DNA of 64,000 nt from Okamejei kenojei (GCA_035221665.1 CM069136.1:108562001-108626000); one strand, 5' to 3'. Positions 20,941-34,004 are shown, numbered from the stretch's first letter. Notes: generated by a model not told the origin, from the sequence alone. A program made the numbers and translations.

Positions 20941-20980
20941 TGACGCACCAACGGCTGTACGGGGTTCTATTCACGTAGTC
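20941..20980 (-). repeat. DIRS left inverted terminal repeat
   Basis: Reverse complement of 16301-16340. Confidence 0.95.
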
Positions 20981-21764
20981 ACTCACGTGACTCCGAAGTA
21001 AAATTAAAGTTAATTAATGAGAACATTTTTGATGGGAATGAAAAGCAATGCAGAAGCAAAACACCTTTAATTTTATCAGAAATGTGATATGTTCCATGTG
21101 TTATATAAAATTAGTCAATCCCTAATGTGATGTTATTACATCTTCTAATCACCTGGGAATATGAGATATCAAATCTCCACAATACAGACAACCTACTGGT
21201 GTTCATTAAAGCCAGAATCATTCCTCAAATGTTTGATAACAACTCAATTTTTAAAAAGCCTGCCAAATTTGTTTCACCAAAGCTTCTTTGATCCGACCTT
21301 GTAAGATTAATTGGCTGTGTGAATTCAGATATGAGAGAGAGACTGGACTTGCATTTTATAGTCCTTTATTTATTTTCTCCTTCTGCAAGTTCTGAATATT
21401 TGTCGTTTAAGGAATTACCTGGAGCATGTGATGAGAGCAAATCTTACAGGTTTTGTATGCAAAAAACTGAAAAGTAAAAAAAAACTGAATTGTAACGACA
21501 CAGAACTGTGGAGATATGTACAGTGTATACAGTGCAACACAGGCCCAACTTGTCATTGTCAGTAGTTAATAAGCCTTCAACATCCACCTTCCTCTTTCCC
21601 ATTACCAAGTCTTTCTATATCATTGTCCCTGATTTATTTGTTCAGCTTCTCCCCAGGCCCCCATCTCAGCTCTTCACCCCATGAAGGAATGAGTTCCACA
21701 TTCTCACTGCTTTGAGTAAAGAACCACACATTGAATTTTATAGAATCGTAGTAACTGATGCTTT

Positions 21765-22063
21765 ATGTTTAGTTTAACTTAGCGATACAGTGCTTAAACA
21801 GGCCCTTCAGCCCACCGATTCCGTGCCGACACGCGATCCCCGCACATCAACACTGTCCTACACACACTAGGGACAATTTACAATTTTTACCGAAGCAATT
21901 AACCTACAAACCTATACGTCTTTGGTGTATGGGAGGAAACCGGAGCACCTGGAGAAAACCCACGCAGGTCACGGGAAGCATGTACAATTTCTGTGTAGAC
22001 AGCACCCATAGTCAGGATCGAACCTGGATCTCTGGCACTGTGCCACCCCTCTGTGCCGCCCCA
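21765..22063 (-). mobile_element. V-SINE (HE1-like)
   Basis: Full head-core-tail similar to 2251-2563. Confidence 0.88.
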
Positions 22064-22107
22064 TAAGGTGTGCATTCATTTCATTGAATATATACTGACC
22101 AATGCAT

Positions 22108-22240
22108 CAATCTGAAGAAGGGTCTCGACCCGAAATGTCACCCATTCCTTCGCTCCATAGATGCTGCCTCACCTGCTGAGTTTCTCCAGCATTTTTATCT
22201 ACCTTCAATTGTTCCAGCATCTGCAGTTCCTTCTTAAACA
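22108..22240 (+). mobile_element. Penelope pLTR fragment with hammerhead-like core
   Basis: CTGAAGAAGGGTCTCGACCCGAAATGTC plus tail. Confidence 0.8.
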
Positions 22241-22249
22241 ATACATTAG

Positions 22250-22325
22250 TTAATCTCACTTTCCATTTTACAATTAGATAATCTCACTTTCCAGCTTACA
22301 ATTAGATAATCTCACTTTCCAGCTT
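22250..22325. repeat. 28-bp tandem repeat (~2.7 copies)
   Basis: TAATCTCACTTTCCA..TTACAATTAGA repeated. Confidence 0.85.
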
Positions 22326-22789
22326 CAAGAACACATCCAGATCCATTGTAAATAAGTTTAACATGTCTGCCTTCGTCATATTCTTAGGCACTGTAGTTCA
22401 GAATCCCACCACTCCATGAGTGAGATCATTTACTTGTCAACTTTGTCCACATTCTTTGCTGATTATCTTATGTCATCACTCCCAGTACTTTCTGTCACAT
22501 TTTGTTCAACATTTTGTCCAACTCAGTTACATTTTCCCAGAGTCTCTCCTGCTCCAAAAAAATAACCCCAATCTAGATAGTATTTCCACATAATTAGAAT
22601 TAACTCGCCCTGGCAACCTTGTACTGCCCTTTTCTTCCTTTTCTACTACCACCCTATTCTTCCTGTAGAGTTGTGACTACTTTGTAATTAAGGTTCCTTG
22701 TATTAGGGAAATGTGTGTGAATATTTGTCCTGGTCCATTAACAATGACTCTACAGCCTAGAAAACACACCTATCCAACTTAGGCCAAGA

Positions 22790-23670
22790 GAGATAAGTAA
22801 GTTCAGCATGTCCCTCATGGGTCTTATTAATTTCTACAAATGCATCAAAGAAAGCATCTTATCCAAATGCATCACAGTTTAGTGTGACAAATGCTTGCCC
22901 CAAGACTGCAAGAAATTGTGGGACGTTAAGGACGCAGCCCAGTCCATCATGTAAAGCAGCATTCCTCCACTGACACCATCAATACCATACCCTGCTTTGG
23001 TAAAGCAGCCAACATTTATTTGGGGATTTTAGCTCGGCATTCAACACCATTGTGCCAGAGCTACCACACTCCAAACTCTCCCAGTTGACTGTGCGTGAAC
23101 CACTCTATCAATGGATCACCAACTTTCTGACAGGACAGGAAGCAGCATGTGAGGCTGGGAAAGAAAATCTCGTACGCACTGACCCTCAGCATAGGAGCAC
23201 CGCAAGGCTACGCACTCTCCCCTCTCTTCTACTCTCTCTACACCAACGACTGCACCACCACTGACTCCTCTGTCAAGCTTCTCCAGTTTGCGGACGACAA
23301 AACCCTTGACTGGACTGATCCAGGATGGGGAGGAATCTGCCTACAGACAGGAAGTGACATAGCTGGCGTCCTGGTGCCATCGTAACAACCTGGAGCTCAA
23401 TGCTCTTGAATTGGTTGTCGACTTTAGGAGAGCTCCCCCTCCCCTCCCCTCACACATCATTAACAACACCACAGTCACATCTGTGGAGTCATTTAAGTTC
23501 CTTGAAACCATAATCTCCAAGGACCTTAAATGAGAGGCCACTATTGACTCCACAGTCAAAAAGGCCCAACAGAGGATGTACTTCCTGTGGCATTCTGCCT
23601 TTCGTAGAGTCTGTCCTCACCATCTCCGTCATGGTCTGGTTTGGCTCAGCCACCAAACATGACATCCGAT
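22790..23670 (+). mobile_element. Rex1/Babar LINE RT fragments (two pieces)
   Basis: DFSSAFNTIVP, QWITNFLT, GAPQG..LSPLFYSLYTND, QFADD, ESVLT.S..VWFG. Confidence 0.8.
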
Positions 23671-23754
23671 CACAGGGAGAATGTACAGATTCCGTACAGA
23701 CTCTAATGGACAGCATGCATGGTCAGGATCAAACCCAGGGCTCTGGCGCTGTAA

Positions 23755-24034
23755 TGCCCCTGTCCCACTAAGGAAACCTGAACAGAAACATCTGGAGACT
23801 TTGCGCCCACCCAAGGTTTCCGTGCGGTTCCCGGAGGTTTTGGTCAGTTTCCCTAATGGTCGAAAGTGGTTTCCGTTTTAAAAATCGGTAATTTTTTTAG
23901 TCGAAGCCGGTTGCGATGCTAGTTGAAGGTGGTTGCCGGAGGACAAAAACCTCCAGGAACCGCACGGAAACCTTGGGTGGGGCGCAAAGTCTCCAGAGGT
24001 TTACCGTTCGGGTTTCCTAAGTGGGACAGGGGCA
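23755..24034. mobile_element. Harbinger-type MITE with long TIRs inserted in a V-SINE
   Basis: ~90-bp TIRs starting TGCCCCTGTCCCACT; TAA TSD (23752-54, 24035-37); removal restores the SINE sequence CTGGCGCTGTAAGGCAGCAA. Confidence 0.92.
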
Positions 24035-24314
24035 TAAGGCAGCAATTCTACCGCTGTGCCACCGTGTCACCCCTTGTTGTATATGGCTATTGGAAAGCAA
24101 TGCCGAGATTTAACAATGTGTTTTACATTGGCTACAAAACACGTAATGAAAAACAGTTTTTTTTTACTTCTAGGATGGGGAAGGGGATGAAATTACTGAG
24201 GAAATTGAGGTGTTGCGTTGCTTTCTTGGTCTGTGTTTCCTTGGATTGAGCCAGTCAGCAGCATGGTTTTCATATGCAGTAGATTTTTTTTCCTGCGATT
24301 ATTTTTGCGTGGTG

Positions 24315-25178
24315 GTGGGCCTCAGGGATTGGTGCTGGGACCATTGCCGTTGTTAGTTTTTATAACAATGATTCAGATGAGAATGTGCAAGGCATGATTA
24401 GTAATTTTGCAGATGACACTACAGTAGGTATTATTGTACGTAGTGAAGATGGTTTTTATCAAAAATTATGGCCGGGTCTTGATCAACTGGGCAAGGGGAC
24501 TGAGGAATGTTTAATGGTGTTTAATGTAGATAAGTATGAGATGTTTCATTCTGGGAAGTCACACCAGGGCAGGAAACACACAGTGAATCGTAGGCCCCAA
24601 GGGAGTGCTGTAGAGCAGAGGGACCCAGGATCACAGGTACATCATTCTACGAAAGTGGCGGCACAGGTATATAGGTAGGTATAGAAGGTTACTTGTACAT
24701 TGACCTTTATCAGTCAGGGTATCATGTATGGAAGTTGGGATGTTATGTTACAATTGTACAGCATGTTGGCGAGAAGGCCCCATTTGGAGTATTGTGTTCA
24801 GTTTCCCTCACCTTGCTATACGAAGTATGTCATTAAGCTGCAAATAGTGCACAGAAGATTTACTAGGATGGTTGCCAGAGATTGAAGCCTTGAGCTATAT
24901 GGAGAGGTTGGGCAGACTAGGGCATTATACCCAGGAGCTCAGGAAGCAGCGGTGATGTTATAGAGGTGTATAAAATGATTCAAGGGAATTGGTAGGGGAA
25001 ATGCCTTTAACCAGGTCAGTAGAATCAAGAACCAGAGGGCATAGGTTTAAGGTGAGAGGGGGAAGATTGAATAGAAGACTGAAGAGCAATATTTTCATTC
25101 AGAGGGTGGTGCATGTATGGAATGAGCTGCCAGAAGAGGCGGGTGGTATAACAGCATTTAAAAGACACTTGGACAGGT
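24315..25178 (+). mobile_element. Old CR1 LINE fragment
   Basis: FADDT, RPHLEYCVQF, RTRGHRFKVRG..QRVV.VWNELP. Confidence 0.85.
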
Positions 25179-25179
25179 A

Positions 25180-25885
25180 GGACCAGAATTAGGCCATCCG
25201 GCCCATCAAGTCTACTCCACCATTCAATCATGGTTGATCTATATCCCTCCTATCCCCATTCTCCTGCCTTTTCCCCATAACCCCTGACACCCATACTAAT
25301 CAAGAATCTCTCTATATCCACCTTAAAATATCCATTGACTTGGTCTTTGGCAATGAATTCTACAGATTCACCACCCTCTGAATAAAACAATTCCTCATCA
25401 TTTCCTTCCTAAAGGAACATCCTTTAATTCTGAGGCTATGATCTCTAGTCCTAGACTCTCTTAGTGGAAACATCCTCTCCACATCCACTCTATCCAAGCC
25501 TTTCACCATTTGGTAATTTTCAATGAGGTCCCCCACTAAACCTTCTAAACTCCAGCCCAGTGCCTGTAAACGCTCATCATTTGTTATCCTACTCATTCAT
25601 GGTATCATTCTTGTAAACCTCCTCTGGACCCCCTCCAGAGCCAGCACATCCTTCCTCAGATATGGTGCCCAAAATTGCTCACAATATTCCAAATGTGGCA
25701 TGACCAGAGCTCTATAAAGCATTACATCCCTGTTTTTGTAATTTAGCCCTCTTGCAATAAATGCTGCCAATTTGACTTCCTTACTACTGATTTGACTTGC
25801 AAATTAACCTTTTGGGAATTCTGCACTACCACTCCCAAGTCTCTTTGCAGCTCTGATGTCTGGATTATCTCCCCATTCAGAAAAT
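25180..25885 (-). mobile_element. CR1 LINE 3' fragment
   Basis: KGLDRVDVERMFP..SRTR.HSLRIKG on minus; conserved 3'UTR. Confidence 0.85.
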
Positions 25886-25983
25886 AGAAATGTATAAATA
25901 ACCCATTAGCCAGCTTTCTCGCACCTACTGCAATCAGTCTGAAGAAGCGTCCTAACCTGATACTTCTTTTGGATGGGATAGCA

Positions 25984-26292
25984 ACATAGAAACATAGAAA
26001 ATAGGTACAGGAGTAGGCCATTCGGCCCTTTGAGCCTGCACCGCCATTCAATATGATCATGGCTGATCATCCAACTCAGTATCCTGTACCTGCCTTCTCT
26101 CCATACCCCCTGATCCCTTTAGCCACAAGGGCCACATCTAACTCCCTCTTAAATATAGCCAATGAACTGGCCTCAACTTCCTTCTGTGGCAGATAATTCC
26201 AGAGACTCACCACTGTCTGTGTGAAAAATATTTTCCTCATCTCGGTCCTAAAGGAATTCCCCCTTATCCTTAGACTGTGACCCCTTGTTCTG
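25984..26292 (-). mobile_element. CR1 3' fragment (family A)
   Basis: (CATAGAAA)n tail and 3'UTR nearly identical to 56335-56720. Confidence 0.9.
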
Positions 26293-26294
26293 GA

Positions 26295-26690
26295 AATATC
26301 CTTGAGCTCCGCAGAATCAGACTAAGACTTATTGCAATTTACAAGGAGATTCACAAAATCACATCATTAAATCTCCCGTCATCCCAGAGCACCAACTGCC
26401 ATGAAACAAGACAAAATAAAGGTCCCTACATCATCAACTGGCTACATTTCAATAAACTTTGCTACCAATATTCCCTTTACCCAAGGACGATAAGGGAATG
26501 GAATATGTTATCACCCAACACATGTGCTGCTCCCGATGTCAAGTCATTTAAAAAGGGGATTGAGCAACTAGATCTCCTCACCTTGGTCAAAAAGGCACAC
26601 TTCAAATTTTAATCGCTATACTCACTCTGTCCTGCGCGAGGTACCCACTGATTAGGTGTTTGCGCAGTAATCAACCAGAACCAGAACCTG
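26295..26690 (+). mobile_element. Atypical non-LTR retrotransposon 3' end (CR1/L2/Daphne-like superfamily)
   Basis: Open C-terminal frame LELRR..RL..IYK...YSLYPRTIREWNML....PDVKSFK, short UTR and (AACCAG)n tail. Confidence 0.65.
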
Positions 26691-27439
26691 GGGAAAGATG
26701 TAATTATTTTCACACAGAGCTGGTGGATTTTTGGACCGAGTTGGCAGCAGAGGTGGTACAGGTGATAGAGGTGGTGCAATTACAGTGTTTAAAATGGTAT
26801 AGAGGGATATGGGACAAACACAGACAGTTGGTATGGACGAGTTGGGCCGAAGGGTCTATTGACATGATTTATAACTCAATTAATTTATGAAACAGTGGGG
26901 TCAGCCATCAGCTGAAGGCACTCCTCGCCTGCCTGGAAAAACTCCCAGACTGGCCCATTAGCTGGAAGCTGCAGAGATAACAAATCAGATTCTTCACACG
27001 ACATCCAGAATGTGAAGGTGGTCATGTGTTGGGTGGGGTGAGAGCTGGAGGCAGAGGTGAATCCAGAGCAAACTTGGTCCAGAAAATCTGGAGTCGGCAC
27101 ACATTTTCTGACTTAACAAAGCTGTTAGGAGAGGGAGAGAACTTCAGAGAGATTAAAGGTTAAAAAATAATTAAACTATTAAAAAAACTTTAAGACTTTA
27201 AAAGTTCTCAGTTAACTGGTCACAGATCCCTCACTACCTGTGGCATCACTGCAGAAACACTCCACTTCCAATCTGTGATCTGGTGCAGAGACATCAGTCA
27301 GATTTGCAAAGTACTGGTACCTCATCATACTTGTGCATATGCCAATAAACTTGAGCTGATTTGCCCCACGCCCAGCATAATGGGGAGTCGGAGAGCTTCC
27401 CGCTACCACATAGCCTGCTGACTAACTTTTCATTGTCAT

Positions 27440-28090
27440 CGAGTCATACAGAGATACAATATGGAAAGAGACCAATCCACCCATTGAGTCACCATTGGCC
27501 ATCAAGCACACATTTACACTTATCCTACATTAATCCTTTTTTTTTTCATTCTCCCCACATTCTCTTTAACTTCCTGCACCCATTTCCCAGATTCTATCAG
27601 CTTATATCTCACGCTGCCTCAGCAAAGCCTCAGCATAATCAAGGACCAGTCGCACGCTGGTCACTCCCTCTTCTCCCCTCTCCCATCGGGCAAATGGAAA
27701 AGAAGTGTGAAAACTCATGATTCAGGGACAGTTTCTTCCCAGCTGTTATCAGGCAACCGAACCATCCTACCACCAGCTAGAGAGCAGTCCTGAACTACCA
27801 TCTACCTCATTGGTAACCTTTGGACAATCTTTGATCGGACTGGTTAGCACGCAACAAAAGCTTTTCACCGTACCATGACAATAAACTAAACTGAATTGAA
27901 TCACAGCTGTTCATCTACATACTAGGGGTAATTTACAGATGTCATTAAACATACAGTATCACTTGGTACCTTTTTGGAAGAGGAAATCTAAGCACCCAGG
28001 AGGACACACGTGTGGACAGAGGGAGAAAGTGAAAGCACTATGCAGACCACGCCTGAGGTCATCATTGAATCCAGGTCTCTGGCTGACAGA
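27440..28090 (-). mobile_element. Degenerate V-SINE interrupted by a plus-strand Rex1/Babar 3' fragment (~27610-27900)
   Basis: SINE tail 27440-27600 and core 27915-28090; insert has IIKD.SH.GHSLFSPLPSG..RDSFFPAVIRQ and (TAAAC) tail. Confidence 0.7.
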
Positions 28091-28184
28091 ATTTTCTCAA
28101 ACTCCGCACTCACCTGATTGGAGTCCCAACAATTGCTGACCTATACAAAGGCTGGCAGTGTTGATGCATGTACACAGCAAGGAG

Positions 28185-28470
28185 GCAACACAGCTAGTGG
28201 AGCCACTGCCCAACAGAGTCATTGAGCTGGGTTCAATCCTGGAATGTCCATGTGGAGTTTGCACCTTCTCCCTCTTTCTGGTTATCTCCACATTGGTAGG
28301 TTAGTTGGGCGATGTAAGTTAGTGTGTTGGTGGGTGGTAGAAATTGGGGGTGGGGCCAGGTGGGGGGTTGACACAAATGTGTGGAGTATGAATAAAGTAG
28401 TTTTTGAGTACTATCTGGTCTGCATGGGTTTGCAGGGCCAAAGGGCGTGTTTCTACGCTATATGAATCCA
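28185..28470 (+). mobile_element. Degenerate V-SINE
   Basis: GGGTTCAATCCTG B-box-like, TGTGGAGTTTGCAC core. Confidence 0.65.
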
Positions 28471-29094
28471 TGACGCAAACCAGCTTCGGCTGGGTTGTGC
28501 CTTCAGATCTCCCTAGGGTGAAATGCATTATGGCTTTGCGACAAATCTCTTTAGAAAGCAATTTGCCAACCAGCTTTGGGGGGGAAATGAAGCCAAATAA
28601 ATAAATAATTCAGGCAGGGACTTGCAGACAGCCTCAGATCAAATGGTAGTGTATCTCCCACCTCCCTATTAGTGTATTTGTACCATCTGTACCTTACGCA
28701 ACGTTTGAAAATCCCTGGTGGTATCAGGAAAGGGCACCATCCTAGTTCAGTTTAAATATTAATTAGGCACACTCATGCATGCCCCAGTGAATCTGTACAA
28801 GGCCTTAAGGATGCTTTTCCCTCAGGAAAATTGTGTTTGTCTAGCATCACATTAAAATAAAACTGTTCCACAGTCTCCATGGAAACAAATCAAATAGATA
28901 ACAGAATATATAACATGCGTCCTTGAGAAAAGATATTTCAGAAGAAATGTGCGTGATGACATTAGTCGTTCTAGGTCCCTTTACTTATTTGTTGCTTAAT
29001 TGCATGGAGTTTAATGAATTGAAATGGCCACCTGGTCCAAACACTGAAACCTCGTTCACGGTACAGATTTTTTGCTCTTTGGAGCCTCTGTCTT

Positions 29095-29605
29095 CATAGA
29101 CATAGACATAGACATAGAAAGTAGGTGCAGGAGGAGGCCATTCGGCCCTTCGAGCCAGCACCGCCATTCATTGTGATCATGGCTGATCGTCCCCTATCAA
29201 TAACCCGAGCCTGCCTTCTCCCCATATCCCTTGACGCCACTAGCCCCTAAAGCTCTATCTAACTCTCTCTTAAATCCATCCAGTGACTTGGCCTCCACTG
29301 CCCTCTGTGGCAGGGAATTCCATAAATTCACAACTCACTGGGTGAAAACGTTTTTTTCTCACCTCAGTCTTAAATGACCTCCCCTTTATTCTAAGACTAT
29401 GGCCCCTGGTTCTGGACTCGCCCAACATTGGGAACATTTTTCCTGCATCTAGCTTGTCCAGTCCTTTTATAATTGTATAAGTTTCTATAAAATCCCCCCT
29501 CATCCTTCTAAACTCCAGTGAATACAAGCCTAGTCTTTTCAATCTTTCCTCATATGACAGTCCCGCCATCCCAGGGATCAATCTCGTGAACCTATGCTGC
29601 ACTGC
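29095..29605 (-). mobile_element. CR1 3' fragment (CTATGT tail)
   Basis: RFTRLIPGMAGLSYEERLKRLGLYSLEFRRMRGD. Confidence 0.92.
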
Positions 29606-29749
29606 ATACTGTTCTACATCAGTCTTCCCTGCATACCATTCTACATAGAGGGAAAGAAACAGCAAGGACGGATCGTCCAGTGACCCTGACGTAACCTGTC
29701 AACAAAATTATTATTTCGGACAGTTTACACAGATTTTAATTACAACTTG

Positions 29750-30085
29750 GATGACACAGTGGAGCAGCTAGTCAAACCGCTGCCTCACAGTTCCAAAGAC
29801 TCAGGTTCAATCTTGACCTCCGGTGCTGTCTGTATGGAGTCTGCACGATCGCATTGTGACCCTGCGGCGTTTCCTCCTACATTTCAAAGAGGTGTGGGTT
29901 GGTAGGTTATTTGGCCACTGTAAATTACCCCTGTTGAGCAGGTGATTAGTAGAATCTGGGGAATGGGTGGTTAGGTATTTTTTGAGAATATGGGAGAATG
30001 AAAAACATGGCTAAAGCAGATTAAGTGTAAATGGGTTCTGACTTGATGGGCTGAAGGCCCTGTTCTAGTGCTGTATCTCTCCACA
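29750..30085 (+). mobile_element. Degenerate V-SINE
   Basis: tRNA-like head, GGTTCAATCTTG, tail GGGCTGAAGGCCCTGTT..GTGCTGTATCTCT. Confidence 0.7.
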
Positions 30086-30334
30086 ATTATATGTTTTTGG
30101 ACAGTTCTATAAGAAAACTAAAATAAGTCTGACCTGGAGTTTTATTAAGGATGCAACAAACTGCACAAATAAGGGGAAAATTAATGGATGTGTATATTTG
30201 ATTATTTCAAAGGCATTTTGTACTAAAAAAAACCATTGTTCTTACATAAAGTAGGGAGTCAGAAGACAAAATTGGCAATTAAAGGGAGTGAATAGATAGA
30301 TAACTCAATCTATTGAGAGCTTAATTGAGAAGTT

Positions 30335-30880
30335 ACAAGTTCACAAGTTATAGGAGTAGAATTAGGCCATTTGGCCCATTAAGTCTACTCCGCCATTCAA
30401 TCATGGCTGATCTCTGCCTCCTAATCCCATTTTCCTGACTTCTCCCCATAACCCTTGACACCCACTCTAATCAAGAATGTGTCTATCTCTGCCTTAAAAA
30501 ATATCCGCTGATGGCCTCCATAGCCCTCTGTGACAAAGAGTTCCACAGATTAACCATCCTCTGACTAAAGAAGTTCCTCCTCACCTCCTTTCTAAAAGAG
30601 CACCCTTTAATTCTGAGGCTATGACCTCTGGTCCTAGACTCTCCCACCAGCAGAAACATCCTTTCCACATCCACTCTATCTATGCCTTTCATTATTCTGT
30701 AAGTTTCAATGACCATCCCCCCTTAAACTTCTAAACACCAGCAAGTAGAGGCCCAGTGCTGTCAAGCGCTCATCATATGCTAATCCACTCATTCCTGGAA
30801 TCATTCTTGTAGACCTCCCCTGGACCCTCTCCAGAGCCAGCACACCCTTCCTCAGATATGGGCTCCACATTTGCTCACAA
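30335..30880 (-). mobile_element. CR1 3' fragment
   Basis: IETYRIMKGIDRVDVERMF..RTRGHSLRIKG. Confidence 0.9.
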
Positions 30881-33004
30881 GTTTAATATGTTTGGGTTTT
30901 CCAATGATAAAGGGATAGGTGCGAAGATGAGCTGTGAGGAGGATACAGAGGTTGGAAAGATGAGTTAACCCAGTGTACAAAAAGATGCCAGATAGAATTT
31001 AAGGTGAAAATGTGAGGCATGCGCTCTTTGGTCAGAAGAATAGGGAAACAGATTAGTTTTGTTTACAAATGAGGTAAAGTAGAGATGTTCTACAAAACTT
31101 TGGTAAAGCCGCATTTGGAGTAGTGTGTTCAATTTTGGTCACCCTGCTCTCGTAAAGAAATCGGTAGGTATATGGAATGAGTTGCCTGGGGAAGTGGTTA
31201 AGGCAGGTACAATAATGGCATTTAAAGGACATTTTGGCAGGTACATTGATAGTAAAGATGTTGAAGTACATGAGACAAACATGGGAATATGGAACTATCT
31301 TAGTTGGAACAACTTGGTCACTGCAGAATGATTGGGTTGATGGGTCTGCTTTACGTGCTGTGTGACTCTACAACTCTTTGTTGATGTATAGAGAAGTTGG
31401 AGTACAGAGAAACTTGTCCAGGAGATGTATGAATATCAACGTCAATTGGAAAGTTCATCCCTTTTGCATGTCGGATGGAGTACAAAATTAGCGATGGCTT
31501 CGTGAGATTTTATAGAGCTTTGCTAAGACCTATTTGGAGCAGCATGAGCAATTTGGTTTCCTTCCCCACAGAAAGAGAGCCATTTCTCGGGTCTGGCAGG
31601 TATGAGTTCACGAGGTTGATTTCTGGGATTAGAGGGGCTGTTTTACCATGAAAGCTCTCTATTCATTTAACTTTAGAATAATGAGATGATGTCACTAACA
31701 TGTACAAGATTCTCACAGTGCAAACAGACAAACTGCCGGAGGAGTTCTGTGGATGAGGCAGCATCTGTGGACAAGGTTGACCTTGTGTGGCGACAATCGC
31801 TTACCACCGTAAATGCTGCCTCACTAGTTGAGTTCCGAGGCAGCTTGTTCAAAGTGCAGCATCTGTAGTCTCTTGTGTCTCTGAAGTGCTAAATAGAGTT
31901 TGAGACCAAACTCATGGATGTCAAAATGCATGGCTTTTCAAGTCCATATCCAAGTGCTATTTAAATGTGATGAGGATTTTGCCTCCGTCATCTTTCTGTA
32001 CAGTGCATTGCTGACCCCTAACATATTCTGGATCCTACTAGTTACTAAACTCTTTTCCCCCTGATTTTTGATCTCTCTACTGAGAAAACTAGGTCATTGC
32101 TATTTACTCCCTATCTCAACCACTCTCATACACATTAATTGAGTATTTCCTCAGTCTTCTTCATTCTAAAGACAAGAACCCTTTTTTCGTTATTATTACA
32201 ATTTCAAGTCCTGGTAACACACATAAATTATAATAGAAATTAAGCATCCTGTTTTACTCTCAACAGATCCCTCGTAATTTTATACACCACAAAGAAATCT
32301 CCTCTCGGTCTCTACAGTCCCAGAAAAAAATACTCCTAGTTTATCCATCTTTCCTCATGTTTATTGTTTTTCCAGTCCTGGCAATATCTTTGTAAATCTC
32401 CTCTGCATCCATGGACAATATGCGGATAGGAAGATTGTGGAGGGATATGGGCCAAATGCAGGCAAATGAGACTAGCTCATGAAATCCCCATGGTCAACAT
32501 GGACAAATTGGGCTGATGGATCTGTTTCTGTGTAGTATAAATCTATGACTCTGAGCTCTCCAGTGCATTTAATTTTCCTTTTGCAGTGCAGTGAAACCGG
32601 AACTGTATTTCAACCTGTTGTCAAGTTTGTTTATAGATTGTTGTAACATAACTTGCTCACTTTAATCTTCTATGCCTCGGACAACAGATGAAAGTCACCT
32701 GGATGACATTTCAATCACTTTATGATCTGCTCTGCTACCTTTAATGATATATGGACATAACCTCCAGTGCTCTTTGTCACTCCATACCACTCAACACATT
32801 CCCATATATAGTATATTTCCGTTTGTAACTTCCCAAGTGCAGAACCTTACACATTTCTACATTTAACTCAGTTTGCCAAGCATTTTCCAATCTCACCGCC
32901 CCTCTGTATTGCCCTGCTGTCTAAAGCTTTCCCCCTCATGTTCAATTATTCAGCCAGTTTTTGTGCTATCTGCGAATTTCTTCAATTCAGTAAGCTATTA
33001 TTTT

Positions 33005-33785
33005 TATAGACATCTTTATAGCGGACAATCAGCAATTCGGCATCCAGGCCTGGCTCCCCAGCCATTTCTGGTCTAAAATGCTAATTTTTACGGACCACTT
33101 TATAACTGATGTTGGTTATAGCGGATGGACCTACCGATATTCACCGCCAGGCTAGGCTGCCGCGACACCCACAGCCCACACTGCCACTTTGGCCGCTGCC
33201 AGGCCTGGATGCTAATTTTCACGGACCGTTTTATAACTGATTTAGGTTATAGCAGATGGATCTACCGATATTCACCGCCAGGCCAGGCCGCCAGCGCCAC
33301 CCACAGCCCACACCACCTCCCCGGCCACTTCCAGGCCAGACTGGCTGGTGCCACCGCCAGGTCACACAGCTTCCTCAGCCGCTTCCAGTCCGTGCTCGCC
33401 GCCCCCACCACCCCTTACCTGCACTCCGAGCGCCCGCGAGCCACGCCCAATGACTCCGCCGATCCTCGCCTCTACCCCAGCGCCTGCAGGCCGCAGCCGT
33501 CAACTCACCAGGATTCCAAGCCCAGTTCCAGACCGAGAGTCTGAAGAAGGGGCTCAACTCAAAACATCACCTATTCAAGATCACGAGAGATACCTGCCTG
33601 ACCTGCTGAGTTACATCAGCACTTTGTGTTTTGTAACCTGTTAACCAGCATCTGCACTTCTCTGTTTTTTCAACTTATACAATGATACTCCATTCCTCAG
33701 TAATCCCTTACTCAGTTATAGCGGACAATCGGCAATAACAAGCACCATTATCTCCCCCCAAGGTCCGTTACAACGAGTGTGTATT
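33005..33785. mobile_element. Probable Tc1/mariner (Tigger/pogo-like) non-autonomous element with internal duplication and a Penelope insert (33535-33670)
   Basis: Right end GGTCCGTTACAACGAGTGTGTATTG resembles Tigger-type TIRs; repeated TTATAGCGGAC subterminal motif; ~128-bp direct duplication 33078-33330. Confidence 0.5.
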
Positions 33786-34004
33786 GGATGCCCCTTTAAA
33801 TCATTAATACATATTACAAAAAACAAGAAACTGTGGACTGACCCACATGGATCAAATCCATGTTAAGTGTGGGCAGTGTTGTAAAATGAATAAATTTCCT
33901 CTCCAAGAACACTCTGTGCATTTCCTCTTTACAGTTCTGAGCATGCCCAGTAAATATATATAGAGTCTGAATGAATACATCACAGAGCTGGAGAAAAAGT
34001 ACAA

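Larger units (their letters stand above)
16231..21004 (-). mobile_element. Full-length DIRS1-type tyrosine-recombinase retrotransposon
   Basis: gag, RT/RNaseH/MT and YR ORFs in DIRS order; 40-bp ITRs (16301-16340 / 20941-20980); ICR 16449-16559 complementary to both outer ends; AAT trinucleotide at both junctions. Confidence 0.96.

Noticed and set aside
20804-20986. N-terminal 61 codons of the 464-aa ORF call
   Set aside because: Starts at a GTG inside the terminal region and crosses the putative leader intron; ATG 20803 is the more plausible start
10790-21004. Both DIRS elements as one composite unit bounded by direct repeats
   Set aside because: The full element has its own complete ends, and the 2.8 kb between them is ordinary SINE/CR1/unique DNA; two independent insertions are simpler
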